Positions 18,193-26,809 of a DNA stretch of 64,000 nucleotides are shown piece by piece (positions within the stretch are counted from its first letter, which is position 1; each line of letters opens with the position of its first letter). The stretch lies in the NCBI GenBank assembly GCA_002410925.1, contig DHPR01000029.1:1-64000 (forward strand), read 5' to 3'. The DNA is from a bacterium UBP13_UBA5359 (GTDB lineage: Bacteria > UBP13 > UBA5359). The notes under the pieces were generated by a model. The model worked only from the letters and a program-made list of their open reading frames with translations, did no database searches and had not been told where the DNA came from. The position numbers and the translations under genes were made by a program.

Positions 18193-19269
18193 TCAGCGGT
18201 TCTTATATCGCCAGCCATTTTGCCTGCCGTGGTTAACCTTAAATCTTAGTTTCTGCAGCAACGTAGCTCCAATAATATCCTTATTAATCTCGCCGTTATC
18301 GGTTATCCCGGCGGCTTCACCCTCCTTTACCTCTTTCACCTGTTGGGAGAACCTATCGAAGAACTCTACCGGTGTTGAGGCTTGGGTAACTTCAATAAGG
18401 TATTTATAAACCTTTAACTCAGTCCCTCTGATTCCGGCTATCAGTGCCGGAGTGGCGATTTCAAAGTAGGTCTTCGGCAACGAAGAATCACGACTATATG
18501 TAACCTGCGGATCATTCGTTTCATCCTCAATCCTTATCGCGCTGTGATAGCCGGAGGATATCCTGGTCGTATCAACCTTGCAGGATTGCAGTATGGTCAA
18601 CCTTGTTTCCTGTCCGATATCGAGGCAACTGCTGTCGGCAAATGCTAGCTTAGCGCTCGATGCGGAACCTGTCCAGACTTTATCGGCTGGAGATAATTTC
18701 ATATTATTGACAGCGGCCATCGCTCTATTATTCCAGTTCCAATCAGCCCCCATGTCCTCCCTATAATCCTCCCGGCGTAAAACCTTGACATTGCCGGAAA
18801 GATTGGAGAGCACAGCCTGGCAGACATCGGCCTTGATGGTAGAACCATCAAGGAGTACGGCAACAGTTTTATTCTTATCCGGATTGTTAGCTCTGCCGTG
18901 CCAGGGGCAACCAATAAAGTAAGCCAGATTATAAGCCGCGCCGCTATTATGGCGATAAACATCTCTGCTCAGATAGAGATCATTATAACTATGTCCGATA
19001 GGGCAGAAGCAACTCCTCTCTCCTATGCCGTATTCAGCTAATTCCTTCAATGAAGAGGGACAAAAGCCCTTGTCATTATAATACATCCTGATAGCGGCAT
19101 TGATGGCCTTTAAATTAGCATTGCAAGCGTTTTGACTTCCCTGATCGCCGGGCGAAAGAATAACGGCATACACTATAGCGGTTAATAGTATTACAATTCC
19201 CACAGCCACCGCCAGCTCAACCAGAGTAAATGCACGCTCTCCAACACGGTCCTTAAGCTGTCTTAACAT
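18193..19269 (-). CDS. Type IV pilin-like protein fused to a C-terminal FecR-like domain
   Basis: Class III signal ERA|FTLVELAV; CNANLKAI; Cys-rich head with CPWH...LLDG; then LSPADKVWTGSASSAKLAFADSS.L.IG..T.LTI and FEIATPALIAGIRGT. Confidence 0.78.
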   Translation of the reverse strand: MLRQLKDRVGERAFTLVELAVAVGIVILLTAIVYAVILSPGDQGSQNACNANLKAINAAIRMYYNDKGFCPSSLKELAEYGIGERSCFCPIGHSYNDLYLSRDVYRHNSGAAYNLAYFIGCPWHGRANNPDKNKTVAVLLDGSTIKADVCQAVLSNLSGNVKVLRREDYREDMGADWNWNNRAMAAVNNMKLSPADKVWTGSASSAKLAFADSSCLDIGQETRLTILQSCKVDTTRISSGYHSAIRIEDETNDPQVTYSRDSSLPKTYFEIATPALIAGIRGTELKVYKYLIEVTQASTPVEFFDRFSQQVKEVKEGEAAGITDNGEINKDIIGATLLQKLRFKVNHGRQNGWRYKNR

Positions 19270-19300
19270 GGATAACCCCCTATTATTACTCTTATTATGT

Positions 19301-19326
19301 ATTCGACAACGCCTGCAATTTTCCTT
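19301..19326 (-). promoter_or_regulatory. Sigma-H-like promoter
   Basis: AAGGA-aaattgcaggcgttgtc-GAAT (N17). Confidence 0.6.
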
Positions 19327-19452
19327 CTTACCGATAACAAATTTCCAGAAAAAACCTCTTTAAATTTGCAAGCATAACTGCTCTGCCGCTCGTTAGAAGA
19401 CGGCTGGGATTATAACAGTAAAGATTACTCGAATATTCGGCAGAACAGCGGC

Positions 19453-19478
19453 AGGATAAGAGCAGCTTCCCGAAGAAT
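19453..19478 (+). promoter_or_regulatory. Sigma-H-like promoter
   Basis: AGGA-N18-GAAT upstream of the GT2 gene. Confidence 0.4.
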
Positions 19479-19524
19479 GGAATAATAGTTATAATAGAGT
19501 AACTAAAGGAAGTGGAGTTCCGTA

Positions 19525-20304
19525 ATGTTCAAGGGTAAAAAGGTTATAGTGGTTATGCCGGCATATAACGCCGCTCTGACACTCCGACAAACCTACTCCG
19601 AAGTAATGCAACAGGATTATATTGATGAGATAATCCTGGTGGATGATGCCAGTCAGGACGATACGGTGGCTATAGCCAGAACTCTCGATAAGGTCAAGCT
19701 TCATGTACACGCCAGCAACAAAGGATATGGCGCCAACCAGAAGACCTGCTATAAATCAGCCCTGAAAGAAGGCGGCGATATAATTGTAATGGTCCATCCC
19801 GATTATCAATATACCCCGGGGCTGATTCCGGCCATGGTCACCCTTATCGGTAATAATCTTTATCCTTGCGTTATAGGCTCACGCATCCTTGGCGGAGGAG
19901 CATTAAAGGGCGGCATGCCGCTGTGGAAATACATTCCCAACCGCTTTATTACATTGGTAGAGAATCTGCTTATGGGAGCCAAGCTATCGGAATATCACTC
20001 AGGCTTTCGTGCCTTTTCAAGGGAGTTACTGGAAAAATTACCGTTGGAGAGCAACTCCGATGATTTCATTTTTGATAATCAGATGCTGGCCCAGATACTA
20101 TGGCTGAATCAGACGATAGCGGAGATAAGCTGCCCAACCAAGTATTTCAAAGAGGCTTCATCAATAAACTTCCATCGTAGTCTTAAATACGGCTTCGGTT
20201 GTCTGCTGACAGCAGCAACCTTCAGGCTGGCTAAGATGGGTTTGATCAAGTCAAGTATCTTTTCCCAAGCAACTACCCCTGCGGCCATGGCCAATAAGCA
20301 ATGA
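19525..20304 (+). CDS. GT2 glycosyltransferase (DPM1-like polyprenyl-phosphate sugar synthase)
   Basis: VVMPAYNA, VDDASQD, NKGYGANQK, HPDYQY, GSR, SEYHSGFRAF. Confidence 0.9.
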   Translation: MFKGKKVIVVMPAYNAALTLRQTYSEVMQQDYIDEIILVDDASQDDTVAIARTLDKVKLHVHASNKGYGANQKTCYKSALKEGGDIIVMVHPDYQYTPGLIPAMVTLIGNNLYPCVIGSRILGGGALKGGMPLWKYIPNRFITLVENLLMGAKLSEYHSGFRAFSRELLEKLPLESNSDDFIFDNQMLAQILWLNQTIAEISCPTKYFKEASSINFHRSLKYGFGCLLTAATFRLAKMGLIKSSIFSQATTPAAMANKQ

Positions 20305-21983
20305 GAAAATTTATTTCATATATCAATACCAATATTTTATCTGACAAAGCGATAATTATTCTTACCGCCGCCACCCTGATCTTGCTTTTGCCTTTTATAA
20401 ATAAAGCCGTTCATATCGATGATCCTCTCTTTATCTGGGCTGCAAAGCATATAAGGACCCACCCGTTGGATCCATATGGCTTTAAGGTCAACTGGTATGG
20501 CGTAGAAATGCCTATGTATGAAACGACCAAGAACCCGCCTCTGGCCTCATATTATCTTGCCTTGATCTCGCTTTTTCTAGGATGGAGTGAGGCCGCCATG
20601 CATTTGGCTATGATCATACCCGCTTGGGCCGCAATATGGGGAACTTATCGTTTGTCCGAAAAATTAGCTCCATCATCTCCATTGATAGCCGCATTATCAA
20701 CCCTGCTTACTCCTGTATTTCTCCTTTCAGCTACAACTATAATGTCCGATATCATCATGTTGGCATTATGGCTTTGGGCCGTGGTGCTATGGCTGGAAGG
20801 AATGGATAAAGAGAAGCCGAGCCTCTTGCTGCTATCCGGAATTATTACCGCTGCTGCTGTTTTCGCCAAATACTACGCTGTAAGCCTTCTTCCATTGCTA
20901 AGCATATATTCCATAATGCGTAAAGGTTACGATATCAGAAAGATATCATCCTGGTCATGGGTTCCATATCTTCTTATACCTCTGCTTCTGTTATTATCAT
21001 ATGATCTTTATACCGGGCAACTTTACGGCAAGGGCTTGTTCTTTGATGCCGGCACCTACGCCGGTTTCAGAAATACCTTCGCCAACGGCAAATTTCTTCC
21101 CCAGGCATTGGCAGGGCTATCTTTTAGCGGAGGATGCCTGCTAACTATGCTCTTCTTCTTTCCATTCTTCAAACAGAAAAAGAAGACTCTGCTACAGCTT
21201 TCCGTAATAGCTGTCCCTGCGGTGCTGCTGGCATCCCTGCTGCCTGTTGCAATCAAAGGGATATTCCCTGGTAATAATGGGGTGTCATACCTGTTGCTGC
21301 TTCAATTTGCTATTATGCTCTCTGCCGGCCTGACACTGCTGGCTATAACGGCAATGGACTTTTTTACATACAGAGATGCCTCGTCAGGGCTGCTCTGCGC
21401 CTGGATATTCGGCACATTTTTATTTGCTTCCATGATGAATTGGACCATCAACGGCAGATCGATTCTTCCTATGGCTCCAGCAATCGGTATTATACTCGCC
21501 CGACGCATATCCCTTTCCAAAGTAAAATCATCACTAATTATATGGCCCATGCTGGCGGCAGCCACATTATCATTAGCCGTATGTTATGCAGATTACACCC
21601 TGGCAGGAACGGCACGTGCTGCCGCCGGATCCGTAATATCAGAAGCAAAAAGCTCCGGCCGCAATATCAGTTATCAGGGACATTGGGGCTTCCAGTATTA
21701 TATGGATCTTGGGGGAGCTGAAGCACTCGATTTCTCTCACCCTTTCATGAAAAGAGGCAGCTTGCTGGTTATCCCAACAAATAATACCAATGTAAGCAAG
21801 ATATCCGCCGCCGAATTTACTCTGTATGGCGTAAAAGATTTCAAATCGTGCTCCTGGTTAGCAACCATGCATACCGCTTGCGGGGCCGGTTTTTATTCAA
21901 GCATATGGGGGCCGCTTCCTTATGCCTTTATCGCTTCGCCATCGGAATGCTATTATATGGTAAGGAAGATCGATTCTCAATAA
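20301..21983 (+). CDS. GT-C fold membrane glycosyltransferase (PMT_2/ArnT-like)
   Basis: First-loop IDD motif, NPPLASYY, many TM helices, AKY motif. ATGA overlap with the GT2 gene. Confidence 0.8.
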   Translation: MRKFISYINTNILSDKAIIILTAATLILLLPFINKAVHIDDPLFIWAAKHIRTHPLDPYGFKVNWYGVEMPMYETTKNPPLASYYLALISLFLGWSEAAMHLAMIIPAWAAIWGTYRLSEKLAPSSPLIAALSTLLTPVFLLSATTIMSDIIMLALWLWAVVLWLEGMDKEKPSLLLLSGIITAAAVFAKYYAVSLLPLLSIYSIMRKGYDIRKISSWSWVPYLLIPLLLLLSYDLYTGQLYGKGLFFDAGTYAGFRNTFANGKFLPQALAGLSFSGGCLLTMLFFFPFFKQKKKTLLQLSVIAVPAVLLASLLPVAIKGIFPGNNGVSYLLLLQFAIMLSAGLTLLAITAMDFFTYRDASSGLLCAWIFGTFLFASMMNWTINGRSILPMAPAIGIILARRISLSKVKSSLIIWPMLAAATLSLAVCYADYTLAGTARAAAGSVISEAKSSGRNISYQGHWGFQYYMDLGGAEALDFSHPFMKRGSLLVIPTNNTNVSKISAAEFTLYGVKDFKSCSWLATMHTACGAGFYSSIWGPLPYAFIASPSECYYMVRKIDSQ

Positions 21984-22000
21984 AATGGAGGAGTAGATGA

Positions 22001-24124
22001 TTGTTCATGTACAGGCAACCCAACCTACCGATTTTAATAATACTATTATTAATCTTACTGACGGCAGTTACATTCGGCCAAGTTATCGGGCATCAATTCA
22101 CCCATTATGATGATAATGAGTATGTAACCGCAAATCCATATGTCCTGCAAGGCCTCAATCTGCACAGCATAATCTGGGCATTTACCACTGTGCATGCCGC
22201 CAACTGGCATCCCCTGACGTGGATATCCCATATGCTTGATTGCCAGTTGTATGGAGCTGCTCCCTGGGGACACCATCTGACCAACCTCTTGCTGCATCTT
22301 GCCAATACCATTCTCTTATTCCTGCTGCTGCAGTATATGACCGGCGCCACCTGGCGCAGCGCCTTTGTAGCCGCGCTATTCGGCATCCATCCCCTGCACG
22401 TGGAATCCGTGGCCTGGATAGCTGAAAGAAAGGATGTGCTCAGCACTCTTTTCTTTATGCTGACCTTGTTCTCTTATGTGCGTTATACCAAAAGACCGGA
22501 AATAAGATACTACCTGCCGGTGCCCCTGCTATATGCTCTGGGCCTGATGGCCAAACCGATGCTGGTAACATTGCCCCTGATACTGCTGCTGCTCGATTTC
22601 TGGCCGCTGAGCAGAATAGCCGCAAAAAGAGATTGGTGGAAATGCATAATTGAAAAAACGCCCTTACTGCTCCTGGCTCTGGGCTCATGCATTATCACTT
22701 TCATTGCTCAAAGAAAGGGCGGAGCTGTCCTGCCGCTTGAGCAATATTCCGCAGGTGTCCGCCTTGCCAACAGCACCGTAGCATATCTGAGCTATCTCTT
22801 GAAAACAATCCTGCCGATAAAGCTGGCTGCCTTTTACCCGCATCCCGGCAATCATCTGCCCGTTTGGCAGGTGTTTGCTTCCGCTCTTTCACTCTTGGGG
22901 CTGACGGTATTGGCGGTACTTCGAGCTAAGAGAGCTCCTTACCTGACGATAGGCTGGTTCTGGTATCTGATCTCCCTGCTGCCGGTGATCGGACTAATTC
23001 AGGTAGGCGGTCAGGCTATGGCTGACCGGTACACTTACATTCCCCTTATCGGTATCTTTACGGCCCTGACGTGGTGTCTTGATACTCGTTTCACCAAGCT
23101 TCAATCCACCCGTTTACCCTTTCTCGCTAAAAATCTCCTGCCAAGCACAGCTATAGTCGTCTTGCTCACATTAGCAATCTGCGCAAGAATACAGACCAAT
23201 TATTGGCAAAATGATGAAGCACTCTTCCGACGAGCAATAGCGGTCACACAGAACAACTACATTGCCTATAACAATCTCGGCAATGCCCTGCTGCAGAAGA
23301 ACCGCACAGACGAGGCAATAAAATGCTATAAAAAAGCAACGGAAATAAGTCCCGGCTTTAAGCTGGCTTATATCAATCTGGGAAACCTGTTGATCATAAA
23401 GAAGAGCTACGACGAAGCCTTCGAAGCATTGCAAAGAGCCGTAATGATCGATCCCGCAGATGCAGCGGCTCACTGTAAGCTGGGAACACTCTTTTATGAA
23501 ACCGATAATAGCGCTGCCGCCGAGAGGGAATATCGTCTGGCTGCCAGGCTTGATCCCGGCTATGCACCAGCTTATCAGGGGCTTGGCGATATAATGGCCG
23601 ATAGAAGTATGCTGCAAGCAGCTCTGGAGAATTATCATGCAGCTTACCGCCTTAAGCCCGGCCATGTACTGCAGGAGCGAATAGATAAACTTACGCAACA
23701 GAGAGAAGCGGAGGCTATGTCCGTCGACGAATGCCTGGCAGCCATCCGCAAATCTCCTCGTAATATCAAATTATATAATCATCTTGGCAATGCTCTTTTT
23801 CGCGCCGAAAGATTTTCCGAAGCATATAAGGCCTATGAAAGAGTGGTCCAGGCATATCCCCGGCAGGCCCCGCCTCATAACAACCTGGGGCTGGCGCTCT
23901 TCAGACAGAGTAAGATATCCGAGGCCAGGCGTTGCTTTGCTAAAGCCATAGAGATCAAACCCGATTACGGCGAAGCCCACACCAATCTGAGTGTCATGCT
24001 CTACTATCTGAAGGATTATGAGAATGCCTGGAAAGAAGCGGAGCTCGGCATACGCTATGGCTCCCAACCGAAGCCTGCCTTTTTACAAGCCCTCACATCT
24101 GCACGGCAGAAGAAAGATCATTGA
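22001..24124 (+). CDS. TMTC-like GT-C membrane protein with TPR repeats
   Basis: YDDNEYV, NWHPLTWISH, HPLHVESVAWIAERKDVL, MADRYTYIP, WQNDEALF, then multiple TPRs. Confidence 0.85.
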   Translation: MFMYRQPNLPILIILLLILLTAVTFGQVIGHQFTHYDDNEYVTANPYVLQGLNLHSIIWAFTTVHAANWHPLTWISHMLDCQLYGAAPWGHHLTNLLLHLANTILLFLLLQYMTGATWRSAFVAALFGIHPLHVESVAWIAERKDVLSTLFFMLTLFSYVRYTKRPEIRYYLPVPLLYALGLMAKPMLVTLPLILLLLDFWPLSRIAAKRDWWKCIIEKTPLLLLALGSCIITFIAQRKGGAVLPLEQYSAGVRLANSTVAYLSYLLKTILPIKLAAFYPHPGNHLPVWQVFASALSLLGLTVLAVLRAKRAPYLTIGWFWYLISLLPVIGLIQVGGQAMADRYTYIPLIGIFTALTWCLDTRFTKLQSTRLPFLAKNLLPSTAIVVLLTLAICARIQTNYWQNDEALFRRAIAVTQNNYIAYNNLGNALLQKNRTDEAIKCYKKATEISPGFKLAYINLGNLLIIKKSYDEAFEALQRAVMIDPADAAAHCKLGTLFYETDNSAAAEREYRLAARLDPGYAPAYQGLGDIMADRSMLQAALENYHAAYRLKPGHVLQERIDKLTQQREAEAMSVDECLAAIRKSPRNIKLYNHLGNALFRAERFSEAYKAYERVVQAYPRQAPPHNNLGLALFRQSKISEARRCFAKAIEIKPDYGEAHTNLSVMLYYLKDYENAWKEAELGIRYGSQPKPAFLQALTSARQKKDH

Positions 24125-24143
24125 CGAAAAAATACTCATAAAA

Positions 24144-24307
24144 ATAAACGCCGAAGGCAGGGTACCCNNNNNNNNNNNNNNNNNNNNNNNNNNNNNNNNN
24201 NNNNNNNNNNNNNNNNNNNNNNNNNNNNNNNNNNNNNNNNNNNNNNNNNNNNNNNNNNNNNNNNNNNNNNNNNNNCGAAGGCAGGGTACCCTGCCTTCGG
24301 CGTTTAT
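24144..24307. terminator. Palindromic bidirectional terminator interrupted by a scaffold gap
   Basis: The two gap flanks overlap to give ATAAACGCCGAAGGCAGGGTACCCTGCCTTCGGCGTTTAT between convergent genes. Confidence 0.7.
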
Positions 24308-24330
24308 GAAAAAGTCGATCTGAAACTAAA

Positions 24331-24870
24331 TTACTTGGTCATCGTAGCGCTGGGCGATGTTTGGCCATTGCGGATCCATTTGACGTGACCGTCGCAGAAT
24401 AGATAATTGATGCCCTCGCTATGGGTTGTGGTTGCCCATCCCGTAGAGGATGCTTGTACAGTTGATCTATGATCAGCCGCTGCATCACCCATGCAGATGA
24501 CGGCGGAGGGATCATTGGTAAATGACGCATTGGTGCTTCCGGCAACATTTGAGTTGAACGCATAGTCGGTTTGTACGCTGCTAGTGCCGCTGAGGCTCGG
24601 GCAATCCCAAACTCCGTCGTTCTTGATATAACCGTTCAATGCTTCACTGCTGCCGGTCCCGGCCCAGTTTGAACTCAACATCCACTTCTCATCCCAGTCC
24701 TGAACATACATAAAAGCTGCCAGACCGAGCTGCTTCAGGTTGCTCTGGCAAGTAGCCTTACGGGCCTGCTCACGAGCTCTACCGAATACCGGGAAAAGGA
24801 TAGCTGCGAGGATCGCTATGATGGCTATAACGACCAGCAACTCGATAAGTGTAAAGCCTCTCTTCTTCAT
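24331..24870 (-). CDS. Prepilin-type protein of the DUF1559 / H-X9-DG family
   Basis: [70 protein letters not shown]. Confidence 0.93.
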   Translation of the reverse strand: MKKRGFTLIELLVVIAIIAILAAILFPVFGRAREQARKATCQSNLKQLGLAAFMYVQDWDEKWMLSSNWAGTGSSEALNGYIKNDGVWDCPSLSGTSSVQTDYAFNSNVAGSTNASFTNDPSAVICMGDAAADHRSTVQASSTGWATTTHSEGINYLFCDGHVKWIRNGQTSPSATMTK

Positions 24871-24949
24871 TTTTACCTCCTGGTTAAAATATTTTCAGTG
24901 ATTTTGGTCACCCCGGTACCAAGGTAACCACTCTGTACCCTGTTATATA

Positions 24950-24975
24950 ATTCGACGTCCAATTCAAAATTCCTT
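24950..24975 (-). promoter_or_regulatory. Sigma-H-like promoter
   Basis: AAGGA-attttgaattggacgtc-GAAT (N17). Confidence 0.6.
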
Positions 24976-25031
24976 TTTTATCTCAAAATATTCCATAAAA
25001 TTATTGCCGTTACCATGCCGTTGGATGAATA

Positions 25032-25661
25032 CTATAATCGCCGTAATCCCGAGCGGGCAATATCCCATAATGCCCTGCACTTATTGGACAGGCATCGCCC
25101 GGTCCCAAACTTCTCGCTTTTGGTAAGATGGGTTATATTATCAAGCAAAACCTCTTCAATTCTATGCCCACTGGCCCTGGCATGGCGGCTTATCAGAGTT
25201 TCAATACCAAAGCCGGCATCATAGAGATCCGGAATTCCGCAGATGAGTTCCCGCGGCACCACTCGCAGCCCGGAGAGAAAGGGCATCGTACGATGAATTA
25301 CGTCCTCGCTGAAGACGCCTACAGCCATATCAGCCCGACGGTTCTGAACCGGCTCCAAAAGGCGCTCTATATGTTCGGCTGTCAAGCCGATAATATCTGC
25401 ATCCATAAGCAGCAGGGTATCCGCATCGGTGCAACGTATACCCTCCAGCAAAGCTGCCGCTTTGCCCATATTCTTATCGAGTATGATTACTTTGGTTCCC
25501 TCGCCTCTGGCAACAAGAGCCGTATTATCCTCAGAGCCGTCATCAACAACAATGATCTCTCTTATGCCGGCAGCAGCCCTGACGGCCCTAAGAACATTTC
25601 CTATGGTCCTGGCTTCATTGAACGCCGGTATTATTGTCGCTATATCCGCTCCATTCAACAT
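25032..25661 (-). CDS. GT2 glycosyltransferase
   Basis: IIPAFNEA, VVDDGSED, NMGKAAA, LMDAD, LSGLR, FGIET. Confidence 0.9.
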   Translation of the reverse strand: MLNGADIATIIPAFNEARTIGNVLRAVRAAAGIREIIVVDDGSEDNTALVARGEGTKVIILDKNMGKAAALLEGIRCTDADTLLLMDADIIGLTAEHIERLLEPVQNRRADMAVGVFSEDVIHRTMPFLSGLRVVPRELICGIPDLYDAGFGIETLISRHARASGHRIEEVLLDNITHLTKSEKFGTGRCLSNKCRALWDIARSGLRRL

Positions 25662-25937
25662 CTATACGTTCCCTGCCTGTAGTAGAAGATTGATCAAAAA
25701 GCGCCGGGCTATCTGCAAGATTATTATAGCCAGCACCGGCGATATATCTATTCCCGGAAGCGGTATCAGCCGCCTCAACGGCGCCAGTACCGGCTCTGTA
25801 AGCAGATGTACGTTCTCAGCCAGCCGGGTGCGCTGCAGATCGGGCACCCACGATACTATAATCTCAGCAATAATCAAATAATAGTAGATATTAAAAAGTG
25901 CATTCGCAACATTAATCAGCAGTTGCATGGATAGCAC
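25662..25937 (-). CDS. yggT: YggT-family membrane protein
   Basis: IIVSWVP...LTEPVLAPLRRLIP..GIDISPVLA. Confidence 0.92.
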   Translation of the reverse strand: MLSMQLLINVANALFNIYYYLIIAEIIVSWVPDLQRTRLAENVHLLTEPVLAPLRRLIPLPGIDISPVLAIIILQIARRFLINLLLQAGNV

Positions 25938-26644
25938 CCCTTTCCGATTTTGCTCAGAACTTTAACCGGATTATCGTAAAACACTTTATCTGTAGCCGCT
26001 GTCCCGATTAGCCTGGATAAAACGGAATAAGCAGCTTTTAGGTCTGGTTTTCTTCCGGGATGCAAATCGGATGCCACCAGATCTATTCCTCCTTGTGCAG
26101 CCAGCGTCCCGGCCGCTGCTTTTACGTGCGTACCATAGCTGCCTGTCAGGCTGCCTGCCGTAATCTGCAACATAACTCCCTGACGGCGCATAGCCAGCAG
26201 ATCATCGACTATGTACCTGAATTCACGGCTTCTTTCAGGATGAGCTAAAACGGGGCGATACCCGTTTGCCAACAGTTTAAATATCTCTTCTTCAAGGCAT
26301 AAGGGCATCTGCCAGAAAGGAGCTTCCAGCAGCACACTCTTCCCCTCTCCTAATAAGGGCACCCTTGCTTCAAAGACCGCTTCGGCAACTCCGTTGTAAA
26401 CGGCAACCTCTCCCCCTGAAAGAATTATCGGCCCGTTATCACCTAATAAATCTCTCAGCTCACGGCAACCGGCTGCAACCTCATCTATTCCAACCGATAG
26501 CCTCTCCTCAGGATAGTAATGAGGAGTAGCAACGATTACTTTCACACCCTCTTTTTGAAGCATGCGGCATAACGACAGCGCCTCTTCCGAGTCTTTAGGC
26601 CCGTCATCCACACCGGGTATTATATGACAATGCAGATCTATCAT
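25916..26644 (-). CDS. CpsB/CapC/YwqE-family PHP tyrosine phosphatase
   Basis: MIDLHCHIIPGVDDG, ATPH, LAHPER, ASDLH. Confidence 0.92.
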   Translation of the reverse strand: MIDLHCHIIPGVDDGPKDSEEALSLCRMLQKEGVKVIVATPHYYPEERLSVGIDEVAAGCRELRDLLGDNGPIILSGGEVAVYNGVAEAVFEARVPLLGEGKSVLLEAPFWQMPLCLEEEIFKLLANGYRPVLAHPERSREFRYIVDDLLAMRRQGVMLQITAGSLTGSYGTHVKAAAGTLAAQGGIDLVASDLHPGRKPDLKAAYSVLSRLIGTAATDKVFYDNPVKVLSKIGKGCYPCNC

Positions 26645-26809
26645 TCGCACCCGCGGCCTTTCTGCCGATATTTTAAAATTATAACACCAATTATACCAGA
26701 GCAAGCACAATTGTTAAAAGAGTGGTAGCTATAGTATAATTTATGCAGAAAGAGAATCCAGAACCCTGACTCTTGATTGATCTTTATATCTTTATATTGA
26801 GGAGAAAAA

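Noticed and set aside
24144-24307. Apparent repeat or MITE around the first N-gap
   Set aside because: The flanks overlap into one perfect palindrome between convergent genes; best explained as a terminator that broke the assembly.
25032-26644. Capsule locus suggested by the CpsB-like phosphatase and GT2
   Set aside because: No tyrosine kinase, chain-length regulator, flippase or polymerase is adjacent.
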